DNA of 62,916 bases, the filler included, from Globobulimina sp. (taxonomy: Eukaryota), in the NCBI GenBank assembly GCA_003354225.1. It is 25 parts of 25 records of this genome, joined end to end, with 100 filler letters (N's around TTAATTAATTAA, not from the genome) between each part and the next. Parts side by side here need not be neighbours in the genome. Positions count along the whole stretch, not along the records: positions 20,177 to 22,597 come from PIVH01006779.1; positions 22,698 to 25,118 come from PIVH01006780.1; positions 25,219 to 27,639 come from PIVH01006781.1; positions 27,740 to 30,160 come from PIVH01006782.1; positions 30,261 to 32,681 come from PIVH01006783.1; positions 32,782 to 35,201 come from PIVH01006784.1; 19 more parts are not named here. One strand, 5' to 3'. Position 1 is the first letter of the stretch. Every line of letters starts with the position of its first letter. This document shows positions 21,273 through 33,181 of this stretch, in pieces. Both the position numbers and the translations under genes were made by a program. The notes under the pieces were generated by a model that saw only the letters and a list, made by a program, of their open reading frames with translations, was not told where the DNA came from and did not search any database.

Positions 21273-22697
21273 GCTTTAAACATTGTTGTTACGATGATTC
21301 ATATCTCATATATTTTGATTTCAAAATACCTTTTTGCTATTTTTCAAAATACCTTTTTGCTCACACCATGGTCACTGAACACAGTCAAACTTGTGGTCTG
21401 GTTTCATCAGCAAATCGCAACTTTATTTCATCAGTTGCATTCGCTATATTTTTTCTCATTAATCTTTGCATTATGTCAAAGGTCACATCATTTGGAATGT
21501 ATCAAAATCGACAAAGGCATTGCATAATTATGTTGCATTGAAGGGTTGGGAAATTTTAAATGAAATTAAGCTCTGGAAATGCATCAAAACACCCTAAAGA
21601 GGTCATCAAAAAAGTGTTCAGTACTGTGAAAAGAGAGTGTGTGACACTGTTATTTGTACCGCTATGGCTCGTTACACTTCGATTGCGCTGTCTAAATTGT
21701 CTGAAATGTATGATTTGGGTATTAGCACTGCGACAATTCATTTCTGCACTGATAATCACTAATACAGCGATGATAAGTTTTCCTCATTTGATGAATTGAC
21801 GCATTGTATTTGAATGCATCAAATGCCGTGTATGCACATACACAAAGGACTGCGCTGAAGTACAAGGATAAATTGGTCGCGATTTATTCGCGCTATTCAA
21901 GGTTTGGCGGCAACGGAAATAAGTTTAATAAATCGAAAGGGAATTGGCGACAAAGATGGTAAATATGACAAGAGTAAACAAGCCAAATGATGGAAATGGG
22001 CTCAGAACAAAGGGAGAAACAAAGCAGGGAGTATTTCAAGAATAGCAAAAGCAAATATGGACAGAACATGGGCTCACAATGACAAAAATCTGAACAACAG
22101 AATGTGAGGACACAGCTGAGATCGGTCACACCAAACAGAACATAATACATTTATTTGATTTTGATATATTTTTTTGTGTTTTATTCTGCAGGAAATAATG
22201 ATAGATATTATTTAATCCTTGCACTCATACATTTGTCATAAAAACAAACGATTACGTACACATGAATTATTGCCATTTTGTGAGTGAATATTTGCCTACG
22301 ATACGTATTGAATTGAGACAGGAAAGAGAGTGATTTGATCGAATAAACAATGACTTATGAACAGCTGAATGATTGCTTGGCATTGGTACGTAATTGATAT
22401 TGACGGCATTCGTTCAATTTCGTTGCCATGATCAGTAGCAGAAAACTGCTAATTTACTTTGCTGAGAAAATACCTTTTGAAAAATCTGCTCATTCCAGCT
22501 CTGATATTATTCCAGTACGTTCTTTTGCTTTCTGGACCAGGATTTGATCCTGGTTATGAATCTGTGAGCCGTTTGACTTCAAAGTCGATGATGTGCTNNN
22601 NNNNNNNNNNNNNNNNNNNNNNNNNNNNNNNNNNNNNNNNNTTAATTAATTAANNNNNNNNNNNNNNNNNNNNNNNNNNNNNNNNNNNNNNNNNNNN

Positions 22698-24116
22698 TTT
22701 TTTTTCCATATTTTGATTATTCTCTTCAATTTGCTGAGCAATCTCTTGCAATGTCTGAGAAACGACACAATTCATTTCCGTTTTCATCCTTTCTATCAAC
22801 AATGGCCAATGACTCAATTCTTCGAACAAGCTTTGCTTGAATAACGCCAACGTTTCTTTTAAATTCAATTTGGGAATAATCAAATTGGGATCCTTCGAGG
22901 ATTTAATTTTTTTGATAGGTTGAATCACAAACTTTTCATAAGTACTGCTGGACTGCATAAACGAAATTGGAATGACAAAGCAACGGTGTTTGCAGACCAC
23001 GGTTAATAGCGATTGCTTAGTAAAAAATGGATTGAATTGCACAGATTCGATGCGATTGCTTTTACCAAATGAATGGCAGTAATATTGTCGGCCAGTGTCA
23101 ACCTCGAATATCCGCACGGTGCCATCGTCAGCGCCGGAAACTAACCATTGTCCACAGACAGAAATGTCAATACACATTACAGTGCGAGCATGGCCCATAA
23201 ATTCGCGGGTCAATATCTCAGGAAACGGTCGTAAATCCTCCACGGAGTCCATTCTCGGCAATAAATGTGCGGGATTCGTGATCGTTTTTTTGCTGACTTT
23301 TCTGGGCAATAAATATAAATCTAAACATCTCTCGAAGCGGTGATGAATAAATCTGTCATATTGCGGCACCACACGCAAACAGCGGTATTTTATGCCGCCT
23401 TTGTCGGATAAAAATTCGTTCGGTGGGTTGTAGGATTCGTAAGTTGTCGGTTTGCGCGATTTGGGCGCATTCAATATTTGACGCGATTGGAAGACCAAAC
23501 TGGTTTTGGTCCAGACATCATAGTGTTTGTTGCTTGTGGCGCGATACGGATCCATTCTTTTCATCATGTCATTCTTTTTCGCGTTTTTGTCTTTGATTTC
23601 ACCGTATTTGTCGACTTTGAGCTTGCCCTTTTTTATAGCATCCACATGTTTTAATATCTTCTTGTAATCATAGCGTGAAATCGTGAAACTTGTTTTTGGT
23701 CTGATTCCACTGGTCGTGATATCGAAAACATGCGTGTCTGGGATCGGGAAATCAAACATCTTTGTGGCACATTTTCCTTTTCGGATTCGGTTAATTATTG
23801 ACAAATCTCTGTCATTTATACGCATAATCCTATCATTGCCGGCATCATAAATCCTCCTTTTTAATTCGTGTTTGTTTCTGGATAATAAAAATTTATCGAT
23901 GTTATCACCCTGACCACGGACAGTTACTTTGTTGCCATCAATATCATAGCCATCATGCAATTCTTTTTCATACCATTCTTCGTAAGGAATGTTTCCTAAT
24001 CGAAGCAAATCACCTTCTGACTCAACACTTGAATCCGATAATTCTGCTAAATCATCAAATTTCTCAAGAAATGTCTGTTCAAACTCTGCCAACTCTTCTA
24101 CCTCAGGCTGCGACAT
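22698..24116 (-). CDS. BOP1: Ribosome biogenesis protein BOP1/ERB1 (3' partial)
   Basis: GNIPYEEWY...HDGYDIDG, ESYNPPNEFL, LRVVPQYDRFI..RFERCLDLYL.PR, LRPFP and a WD40 repeat (GQWLVSGADDGTVRIFE). Confidence 0.95.
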
Positions 24117-24164
24117 GATACTTTTAAAAGTTTTTAGAGAAAAATTAATTTTGAGACATCAAAT

Positions 24165-24929
24165 ATGGATTGGAATCATCGAGACTTGTTATTAACTGGT
24201 TATTTTAGGAGCATACAGAGCCTCATTAGCAATAACATTCCGCCCGAAATCGCTAATATCATACAAAAATATTATGCATTCAGTAAGTATATTTCCCGCG
24301 TGTGTATATATTTAGAATCTCAGATAACTCGAGATACTTTTTTATATGACTACATATGGTCGAATAACGATAACATATGGATGGTGAACAAGAACAATGA
24401 ATTATTTTCTTTATTAGCAACATTTCGTTGTATATCACGTTCAATTGATAACGGGGATGTACTTAAAGCATGTTTTCAAAAACCAACAGAAAACAAAGAA
24501 TCAGGTTTTGGGATACAATTTACACCAAAATATGGAAGATTAGCCAGACCAAAAAGAAATATCAATTCGCAACTATCATCAATGATATTCGGTCAATCAG
24601 AAATCGAACTAATTACTGCATCAAAACAGATTCTTCGGACATATAATTCATATGGAAGGGAACGCAAATGTTCAGTATTTTGTTCAGTATTTTATGGAAT
24701 TTATTGTGAACCTAAAATTGCAACTGATTTTGCCTCTAAATTAATTGAAAAATTTTATCAAACATTTGAAACAGAAATACAACAATTAACAGAGAAATAT
24801 GATATGGGTGATTGGGATGAGTATGACTCACCGCCGCATTTTCAAATGGTAACAAGATTCAAGGCGTTTGATGAAATTGTGACAAAATTATACCCATTTC
24901 AAATGATTGGGAATGCATTGCTGCTTTGA
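24165..24929 (+). CDS. Hypothetical protein with an N-terminal LL..GY.R...IP..I..II..YY motif
   Basis: Complete 254-aa ORF, divergent from BOP1. Confidence 0.7.
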   Translation: MDWNHRDLLLTGYFRSIQSLISNNIPPEIANIIQKYYAFSKYISRVCIYLESQITRDTFLYDYIWSNNDNIWMVNKNNELFSLLATFRCISRSIDNGDVLKACFQKPTENKESGFGIQFTPKYGRLARPKRNINSQLSSMIFGQSEIELITASKQILRTYNSYGRERKCSVFCSVFYGIYCEPKIATDFASKLIEKFYQTFETEIQQLTEKYDMGDWDEYDSPPHFQMVTRFKAFDEIVTKLYPFQMIGNALLL

Positions 24930-25218
24930 TTTAATCATGAATCTAAAACCGAATTTCCCCAAACTGCTTGGAGTTTTTTGCAACTTTCAAATTAAACACA
25001 TAATTAACACATTGAACTGGAAAAAAAAATTGATTTTTGTTACTACAAGATGTCCAACACTAAACATGAACTGTTCAATTAAGAGAATCATGATATTTCT
25101 TTAATAGTATCAAGCAACNNNNNNNNNNNNNNNNNNNNNNNNNNNNNNNNNNNNNNNNNNNNTTAATTAATTAANNNNNNNNNNNNNNNNNNNNNNNNNN
25201 NNNNNNNNNNNNNNNNNN

Positions 25219-27639
25219 TAACTGCACACAACAGGTATGGAGTTAGTTAACTACTGAAAGTCGTATTCATCAGCTATTTTCAGTTCGAAATTTGATGCTT
25301 ATTTTGTATATAAATATGCCCAGGAAAGGGGGCAGAAGCTGAAGTTGCACTTTAGGAGCAATGATCTGTTATCTTTGACATGGAAAAAAATTCAACTAAA
25401 AGATTCGTTGCAAGTATGGTTGAACCGTATTTGTCGACGTGTGTAAATAATGTTCAATTTATTCAGTTCCTCAAATGCGCTCTGGATAAATTGCCCAGTA
25501 TTTTGGGATTCGAAGGAGCCAAAGGATTTTTTGCATGGAGACTGGCAAATCGATGTCCGACATTGGAGTACAGTGGTAAAATTCCACCCCCGGAAGAATT
25601 TGGTATTGACCGTATGACCGATGAAAAACGTGCCAAATTTTGGTTATGGTATCGGCCATTGGAAGCAGATCCAGAGTTTGTATACATTTTGAAGGACGAG
25701 GCCATTCGTTATTGCATGTAACAAAGGAATGTTTATATTTTCATTCGATATACTCTAAATTCTTTAGGATGGATGTGAAAATTCTGGAATCTGCGTGGAA
25801 ACTGTTTCGTAAAAGTTGCTTGAAATTGACTGACGAACAGTTAGATCCCCTTGTTGGCCGCTATTTTACTATCGCCGCATTTTCTGCCGGCATCTATAAA
25901 TCGTTGTTCATGGTTCACGATATTGGAATAATACCTTGGGGAGGTGAGGAATGGTACAATGGATTTTGGTAAATAACTTTTATATTTGTTAGGCTACCGT
26001 AACCCAAAACGGTTAGGTCAAAGCATTTTGGGATGTGCTTATCTGGAGTACCTTAACCATGAACGGGAAGAACGTGGAGAAGAACCTCTAGTTTGTGCCA
26101 ATAACTCTCCGAGAGAGGCGACCGTGGCGGGATACAAAGTCGATGGTTTGGACAGGCGGACGGGAGACATCTATGAAATTTTGTTAGTGTTCACAACCCA
26201 CGATCGTCACATATTTCACATATTTCAGGGGGTGCTATTGGCATGGACATTGTTTTACACCAAATGACTGCAATTGGCCATTGAGGAATACTGTACATCC
26301 TATGAGAAATCCGATGACATACGGCGATGTAAACAGAGAAACGAATGCCCGACTGAATCATTTGCAAAAGGGGAGAAGGAAGGTATTCAAAATATGGGAA
26401 TGCGAAATTCGGAAAAAACAACTTTCCGACCCTGTTTTGGCATCATACCTACAACGAGATGATGTGGTGAGAAAGTATCACAAACCATTGGACCCGGCCG
26501 AAGCGGTAAGTTTTGAGGCTATTTTTTCTAATCCATTTGTAATGTACATAATTAAAGGTGTACGGCGGTCGAGTCGAAGCGTTCAAGATGAGGCTTACAT
26601 TGACGGAAGACCAAATAAAGGAAGGCTGGACTATCGAGTACATAGACTTTTGTTCGCTGTACCCTTACGTTCAATGGGCATTCGAGTACGGCGTCAAAAG
26701 TCATCCAGAAGTGATTACCGACAGAGAACATTTGGATCGGTTGGTCGAGGATGTTGACGAGTTAAGAGAATTTTTGACAAACAACTATGGCCTCTGCTCG
26801 TGCAAAGTATTGCCCCCCGAAAAATTAAGATTTGCAGTCCTGCCTTATCGGGCTCGGTTGAAAACATTGTTCAGTCTGTGTCGGACGTGTGCCGAACAGG
26901 ATGTCAATGAGGTAAACAATTGTGGCATCAGAATCGCACTATTGACATTTGTTTTCAGTACTGTACACATTCGGATGACGAGCGGAGTTTCGAAGGCGTG
27001 TATACTTTTTACGAATTGAAGTTTGCATTGGATCGTGGATACAAAATATTGTCCATATTCGAGGTAGGTTTTTTTCTAGATATCACCGGATGTTAAATAA
27101 TGATTCTATATAGCTTTGGGACTATGGCGAAGAAAAGGACAAGATCTTTGTCGAATATGTCACACGTATGATGGTGATGAAAACCAGACATAGCGAAGTT
27201 CCAGACGATATGACCGTGGAGGAATTCTGTGACTTGTGGAACGAGCGAGTGCCCGGGATGGATTTGAAACCGGAAGACATGCATCCCAATGCAGCTATGC
27301 GACTAACGGCCAAGATTTTGTTGAACAGTCTTTGGGGTAAGCAAAATTAAATGTGCACTCTTGTATACTCACATACATTTGCAGGCAAGTTCTGCGAAAA
27401 GGGTCAGAAACATTTCACCAAAATGTTGACAACTTGGCAAGACTTGAAGAACGTTATGGATGACCGAACGATCACACTGGCTCAAGTGGAAAAAGTCACC
27501 GAACGGAGCATGGTAGCTTCGTGCAAAAAGAGCGACATCTTTGTGACCGAAACGAGCATGGTAAGCGACGGATGGAAATGCGGTATGAAATCTAATTTAT
27601 TCTTCTTCTTCTACAGTACAATCCGACCATTGGGGCGTA
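25219..27639 (+). mobile_element. Polinton/Maverick-type protein-primed DNA polymerase B, 10 introns, partial
   Basis: After splicing: AHNSSKFD (ExoII), YCMMDVKIL (ExoIII), a YKVDG..YEILGCYWHGHC insert, YGGRVE, YIDFCSLYP and AKILLNSLWGKF. Confidence 0.92.
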
Positions 27640-27739
27640 NNNNNNNNNNNNNNNNNNNNNNNNNNNNNNNNNNNNNNNNNNNNTTAATTAATTAANNNNN
27701 NNNNNNNNNNNNNNNNNNNNNNNNNNNNNNNNNNNNNNN

Positions 27740-27907
27740 GATTTTAGATTGTCCTAAATATGATTTTTGATTCGTCGTAGATACTTTTAGACCGAAATAA
27801 TTAGTGAGAATCATATTTAGGATCGCCAATCTAAAAGACAAGTGTAGACATTGGAGACATGAAATGTAACGGTCTCGAAAATCACTTAGTTGGCCAAAGT
27901 CAATTGC
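27740..27907. repeat. Repeat with an internal inverted repeat; shares 80 nt with 2343-2422
   Basis: Arms TTTTAGATTGTCCTAAATATGATT ... AATCATATTTAGGATCGCCAATCTAAAA, followed by the shared 80-mer. Confidence 0.75.
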
Positions 27908-28218
27908 ACAGTAGACAGGGAAATATGGATGGACTTAGGTCAACAACCGCCATCTGAATTTAATGTGCGTTCCAATCCAAAGTATTCTCATATCAAGATT
28001 TTGAATATTTGGCTTCGGTGTTTATCAGAATTCAATGCCAAAATGCCGACGCAAAAAATACTGACAGATTAACCTCAATTCCTTTAAATCAATATTCACA
28101 ATTCTGTTATTCTGATTATTCATCACTGCGAAACTATGAATTGGAGAAACACAAAATCATCGACAAAAAACATGAAAAAAAATGGAAAATATAACGAGTA
28201 AATGAAAGCAAATCAACA

Positions 28219-29625
28219 TTATGGCAAATATTTGAGTGTCTCTTCCAAACTGCAATAATTCCAACAAACAAACATTGTCGGATTTCCATCGTAAAAATTA
28301 AAATTCGTACAAGTAATTATAAGCGTACCACAACTTTCAAATGGAATGGAAAAAGTGCAATTATCATTTGCTGCGCCAATACATTCCTGCGGTGCCATTG
28401 TATTATTATTGTTATTCAAACTTTGCTCATACTCCCAAGTCAATGTACAATCCATTTGTTTAATCTCTCCTTCGTTATTTCCAGTGTGCTCCGAACATCT
28501 TACATCATAAATATAGTCCAAGCCATCACATGCTGTATTATTGTAAATATACTCCGGAGGTTTTGTAATATCGCCATGGATAATATTCTCATCAAAAACA
28601 CATTGCAATGTATCATTCGTACTCACTGCAAATGCATTCTTAACCACTTGTGTATCATTCACATTTAGCTCATCAGCATAGCGTTGCATATTGATCCACG
28701 GATAAGGCTCATGTTTCTGAATCCAAAATGTTATAATTATCACAGATACAATAATTAAATAACAAATCAAACAAATATTCCATACACAATGACAACATCT
28801 GGTACCTTTGAATCTGTTTTCTTTCCTGAATTTCCAGTGAGTCTTCCAAGTCCAAATTGAGCTCTTAAACAAACTGATCAAAGACCAACTAATTGATTTT
28901 AAATATTTATTAGAAATACCTACGATATTTACGGTTATATCGCTAACTGAAAGCATGACTGCCAACGATCCAAAGTCCTCAATTAATAAAGGTATCCATG
29001 ACCAGAATAATTCTCGTTTATCGACAATTAATTCTTTTTCCTTCCAATCCTCATTTGGATATCTATATATTCTATAAATATATCGTAATTTCTTCCATTT
29101 AAACCATAATTCCACGAGAAAGCCAATCAAAGCACAGCCATATAACGTTTCGGCTGCACTGCCTAATTCGTATGCAACCGTTTCATTTGTATCACACTCA
29201 AATTCCGCACAAAACCCGGCATAATCAAATGCTGTTTGAAGATATCCCAAAGCCGCTGCCACCTCGCAATCTGATAAGAAATCTTTGAATAAAATAATAA
29301 TTGCAATGACCCACAGAATTGGTTCTTTGAATGGCATTTTATCCCATAAATTACTAATTTGTTTGAAGATGGACACTATTTTCTCTTTTGGAGATTGTGT
29401 ATCAGTGACTGGTGTCTCATTGACTTGTGTGTTATTGACTTGTGGCACAATCATTGGTTCAGGAGCCATAATCATTGGTGGTGGATCCCATCGCGTCTCT
29501 CGTGTAATATCATTTTGATAATACACTCTGCCATCATTGGCCATTACAGCTCTCCATCCTGATGGCAAATGGAATGCAGGACCATTTACTATCTGTACCA
29601 TTTGTCTTTCCATATTGTAAGCCAT
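28219..29625 (-). CDS. WW-domain multi-pass membrane protein
   Basis: LPSGWRAVMANDGRVYYQNDITRETRWDPP, several TM segments and a Cys-rich C-terminus. Confidence 0.8.
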   Translation of the reverse strand: MAYNMERQMVQIVNGPAFHLPSGWRAVMANDGRVYYQNDITRETRWDPPPMIMAPEPMIVPQVNNTQVNETPVTDTQSPKEKIVSIFKQISNLWDKMPFKEPILWVIAIIILFKDFLSDCEVAAALGYLQTAFDYAGFCAEFECDTNETVAYELGSAAETLYGCALIGFLVELWFKWKKLRYIYRIYRYPNEDWKEKELIVDKRELFWSWIPLLIEDFGSLAVMLSVSDITVNIVGISNKYLKSISWSLISLFKSSIWTWKTHWKFRKENRFKGTRCCHCVWNICLICYLIIVSVIIITFWIQKHEPYPWINMQRYADELNVNDTQVVKNAFAVSTNDTLQCVFDENIIHGDITKPPEYIYNNTACDGLDYIYDVRCSEHTGNNEGEIKQMDCTLTWEYEQSLNNNNNTMAPQECIGAANDNCTFSIPFESCGTLIITCTNFNFYDGNPTMFVCWNYCSLEETLKYLP

Positions 29626-29729
29626 TTGTCTTTACTTTACTTGAGATAAAAATGTTTAACAAAAACTTCACTAAAAACCCTTTACTAATCCTTTCTTACT
29701 AATCATTCCTTCCATCACAATCTATCAAC

Positions 29730-30160
29730 ATGTATGTTATCAACATTCATTTCCAACTCGCTCCAATACCGCAACCAAACAACTTAATCCAACAAACCAA
29801 ACAGGTTTAATAACAACAAACCGAATCGAGAATTCCAGTCCGGATTAAGGACAGAAGATCGTCGTCGATTACGCCAAGATGAAAGACTAAAACTCCGAAA
29901 AGCAGACAGAGAAAATAGATTACAAAAGAAACGACAAGCTCTAACGAACCGCACTCACTCCTTCGACACCAACCACACCGACCCAAACAACAAAACCATT
30001 CAAAAGCAAATGTTACAGCAATTGCCGCAATTCGTAAAAGGCTGCTTCTCCCAGAATCCAGCCACGCAATTCGAATGCACCCAACGTATTCGCAAATTAT
30101 TATCCATCGAACGCGCGCCGCCCATCAGAGCCGTCATCGACACCGGTACTCTTTTTCTGT
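29730..30160 (+). CDS. Importin subunit alpha, N-terminal part (IBB domain + first ARM repeat)
   Basis: After removing intron 29732-29804: MFNNNK..EDRRRLRQDERLKLRKADRENRLQKKR, then TQRIRKLLSIERAPPIRAVIDTG. Confidence 0.9.
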
Positions 30161-31369
30161 NNNNNNNNNNNNNNNNNNNNNNNNNNNNNNNNNNNNNNNN
30201 NNNNTTAATTAATTAANNNNNNNNNNNNNNNNNNNNNNNNNNNNNNNNNNNNNNNNNNNNTGAAGTTTTGAAGAAATTGCATTTTTTCAAGTTTTAAAGC
30301 TTTTTCAAAAATCAAGATATTTACATTTTTTGCAAATTCAATAAAAAAAAAGGGAAAGATGCGTTCGAAAATGGTAATACGTATGGAACTCAAACAGCAA
30401 ATTCAGTGTAATAATGTATTAGTTATTAATTTTTTTTTGTTGTGGAAATTAATTGTTTATTTATTCATATATTTTTAGAAACTATTATAGAAAACATTCA
30501 ATCTGACAACAACTATGTTAGAAAACATTCAATCGGGAAGAATTTGACATGTACAGATTCGTGGAGAATGAGCAGAAACAAGACCGTTATTACAAACAAG
30601 CAACTAAAAGGTTTAAAATTGACTGGATTTAATGTGATCTGCTTTATACTACTTTCAACACTTTGTTTACAAAACTTCGAACTAAAATTTCAGAAAACAT
30701 CCGTATGGCAACTCAATATCGTATCGTATCGCATCTTGGATGCATTAATTATTAGTCATTATAGCTTCTATATTTTGCGCAATAGCTGGAGTAGAAGAAC
30801 AAATGAGAACAATCACAATAAATATACAGCTAAAATATTTTTTTGCATTGTGTTTTTTTTGTCCAACTGCAGGTATAAAGGAATTGCAACCAGAAAAAGA
30901 ATTAACTGTGGTATTTTTGTGGCTTTTTTATTAATATTGTATTTAAATTTATACTGTAAACATCAAATTGCGCCGTGGTGGTTCAACATTTTAGCATAAT
31001 TTCATATTGCAGCCAATAATACAAATTTGTGTGCCTTTGGATTCATGGACCATTAATCATACATTTGTTGGTGTATTATTTGGTGTGATGTTTCCGTTTG
31101 TGTGGATGGCGGGAATTGCTATTTTATGGAAGTGTTGGACTAATTGTTTATGGCTATTCTGAAGTGAGTGTAAATGCTATTTTTGACGTTGTAGCGGCTA
31201 TAATATTGGATGGTGGTTTGTCATATTAATATTTTCACGGAAATGAATTCCTTGGATTAGCTCCCGACTCCCGACACGGAAATTCATTTTTAGAATTAGA
31301 TAAATTGTGCAAAGACGACAAAAAAGTATGTTAGAAAACTTATTATCGATATTTAAACACATTATGCAG

Positions 31370-31765
31370 CTATCTCTTAACCCATTGAACATCATCATTT
31401 CCCATTATATTATTAAATTTTGCCATTGGGCATTCTATGGATACATTTTGTGCCAATTCCTTCAATTGTTGGTCTGACGCATTTGGAGCATCAATATATG
31501 CCTTGATTTTTGTTTTATTGTTTCCTTCTGTCACCGTTTTGAATTCAATATTGTTCACAGTTACGCCCATTCTCGACGCAATATCTCTTGCATGAGATTC
31601 TTGACACATTTCCAAAAAATACTGGAATGGATTTCTGCCACTAAAATTTCCAAGATTGCCAAAATTCACATTCAGTCCCAGTCCTCCAAATGTTGATGAT
31701 TTAAAATGTTCAAATGTATTCCGGAATTTATCAAATGGGTTTGATGAAAAATTGTATTTTGACAT
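31370..31765 (-). CDS. Possible OsmC/Ohr-like protein
   Basis: G.NP.QYFL..C....A..IA..MGV.V..I and a C-terminal ECPM; size is consistent. The match is weak. Confidence 0.45.
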   Translation of the reverse strand: MSKYNFSSNPFDKFRNTFEHFKSSTFGGLGLNVNFGNLGNFSGRNPFQYFLEMCQESHARDIASRMGVTVNNIEFKTVTEGNNKTKIKAYIDAPNASDQQLKELAQNVSIECPMAKFNNIMGNDDVQWVKR

Positions 31766-31878
31766 TTTTTTTGTGTGATGCAATATTTGAAGCTTGCAAA
31801 CCATTCGTAGAAAGTGCATGTTTGTAAATACAGTAAAATGGAAAACTTTTGAGCACTGAAATTTATTATTCATTGATA

Positions 31879-32418
31879 ATGGAACGGTTGAGAGCGAGTT
31901 TGTTGCCAGAAATGTGGTATTTTAAAGTATCATTTCTTCTCTGGATAGCAATGTTTGCAATCGCACCAATTATACTTATGGATGGCATAAAATTTGGATG
32001 TGATGCTGGTTCTTGGTGTTTGATATTATTATTTGCCGTTTCTTATTTATTGCTTCCTATTGGATGTTGTCCTGTATATTTTGAGAGATTTATTAGTGAT
32101 CTGTTGGGTGTTTTATTTGCAAGGAGAGCAATATTATGTGCTTCGGAGACATTAGTAATACTTTACCAAATCTGCATTAATTCAAATCCGAATGAATGTG
32201 ATGGGAAGCAATGGATGGTATTTGTTGCATTGTATGTTTGCGGAGTTTGGTTGGAATTGGTTTTCTTTGTTATTGATTGCGTAATGTTGACAAAGAGAAT
32301 GAAAAAAGCTGGATTGGTATTAAGCCAAGTCACTGATTATGTTGCTGACATTGGTGGGTTGGACTTATCGACATTGCGGCAAAATATCAGCGACAATGGA
32401 ACAGATAATAGTAATTGA
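31879..32418 (+). CDS. Small multi-pass membrane protein, function unknown
   Basis: ORF of about 180 aa with about 4 hydrophobic segments. Confidence 0.55.
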   Translation: MERLRASLLPEMWYFKVSFLLWIAMFAIAPIILMDGIKFGCDAGSWCLILLFAVSYLLLPIGCCPVYFERFISDLLGVLFARRAILCASETLVILYQICINSNPNECDGKQWMVFVALYVCGVWLELVFFVIDCVMLTKRMKKAGLVLSQVTDYVADIGGLDLSTLRQNISDNGTDNSN

Positions 32419-33181
32419 CTTATATTATATGGTCAGGATTGTAAAAGATCTATCAATATATCGACGTATAATGAATAGAAATTTAGGACTAATATTGAGA
32501 GAGAAAATCAATGAAGTCTGGATACAAAGTTTGCTGTTACGTCTCGGTCGAAACTATGACCTTTGAGAACACGTAAATTTGAGTTTGTAAATTAATTAAT
32601 AAAAACACAAGGTTCACACTAAGAAATCAATATACTCAAAAATAAATAATTTAAAAGAAATGTAAATAATAAAAGTTAAAANNNNNNNNNNNNNNNNNNN
32701 NNNNNNNNNNNNNNNNNNNNNNNNNTTAATTAATTAANNNNNNNNNNNNNNNNNNNNNNNNNNNNNNNNNNNNNNNNNNNNTTTAAATTAGGTAAATATG
32801 AACAATTATTATCAAAAACAAAATCCATATTGAAAAAGAATAAAGAATTAAAACTAAAATTAGAAGGTAAAGATAATCAAATCAATGAGTTAAAATCGCA
32901 AATTGAGTTATTTAAACTAAACAAAAATGATCCAAATGAAGTGGAAATAAATGAAGACGAAATATTTAATTTTAATTGAAATACAACTTCTTCAATGTCC
33001 CAATACGTTTTTGATGTTATTCTTTTACTTTTTCATGGTACTTTTTAGATCCTAGCTATGTATTGTTATCACCATCTCCATGGTGTGCGAGTATAATCTA
33101 AAAGATAATCCTTCTAAACCAAAGCACTATTGACAAAATTTCATATTGCAGCGGTTTTTTAATATTTCTTCACTTCAAACC

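Noticed and set aside
20177-22597. Short ORFs in this contig
   Set aside because: No recognisable motifs; mostly low-complexity or repeat-derived sequence.
25380-27639. Fragmented PolB ORFs as a frameshifted pseudogene
   Set aside because: Every break is explained by a canonical GT-AG intron that restores the frame and motifs.
30442-30999. 185-aa ORF
   Set aside because: AT-rich with no recognisable domain, so no product can be supported.
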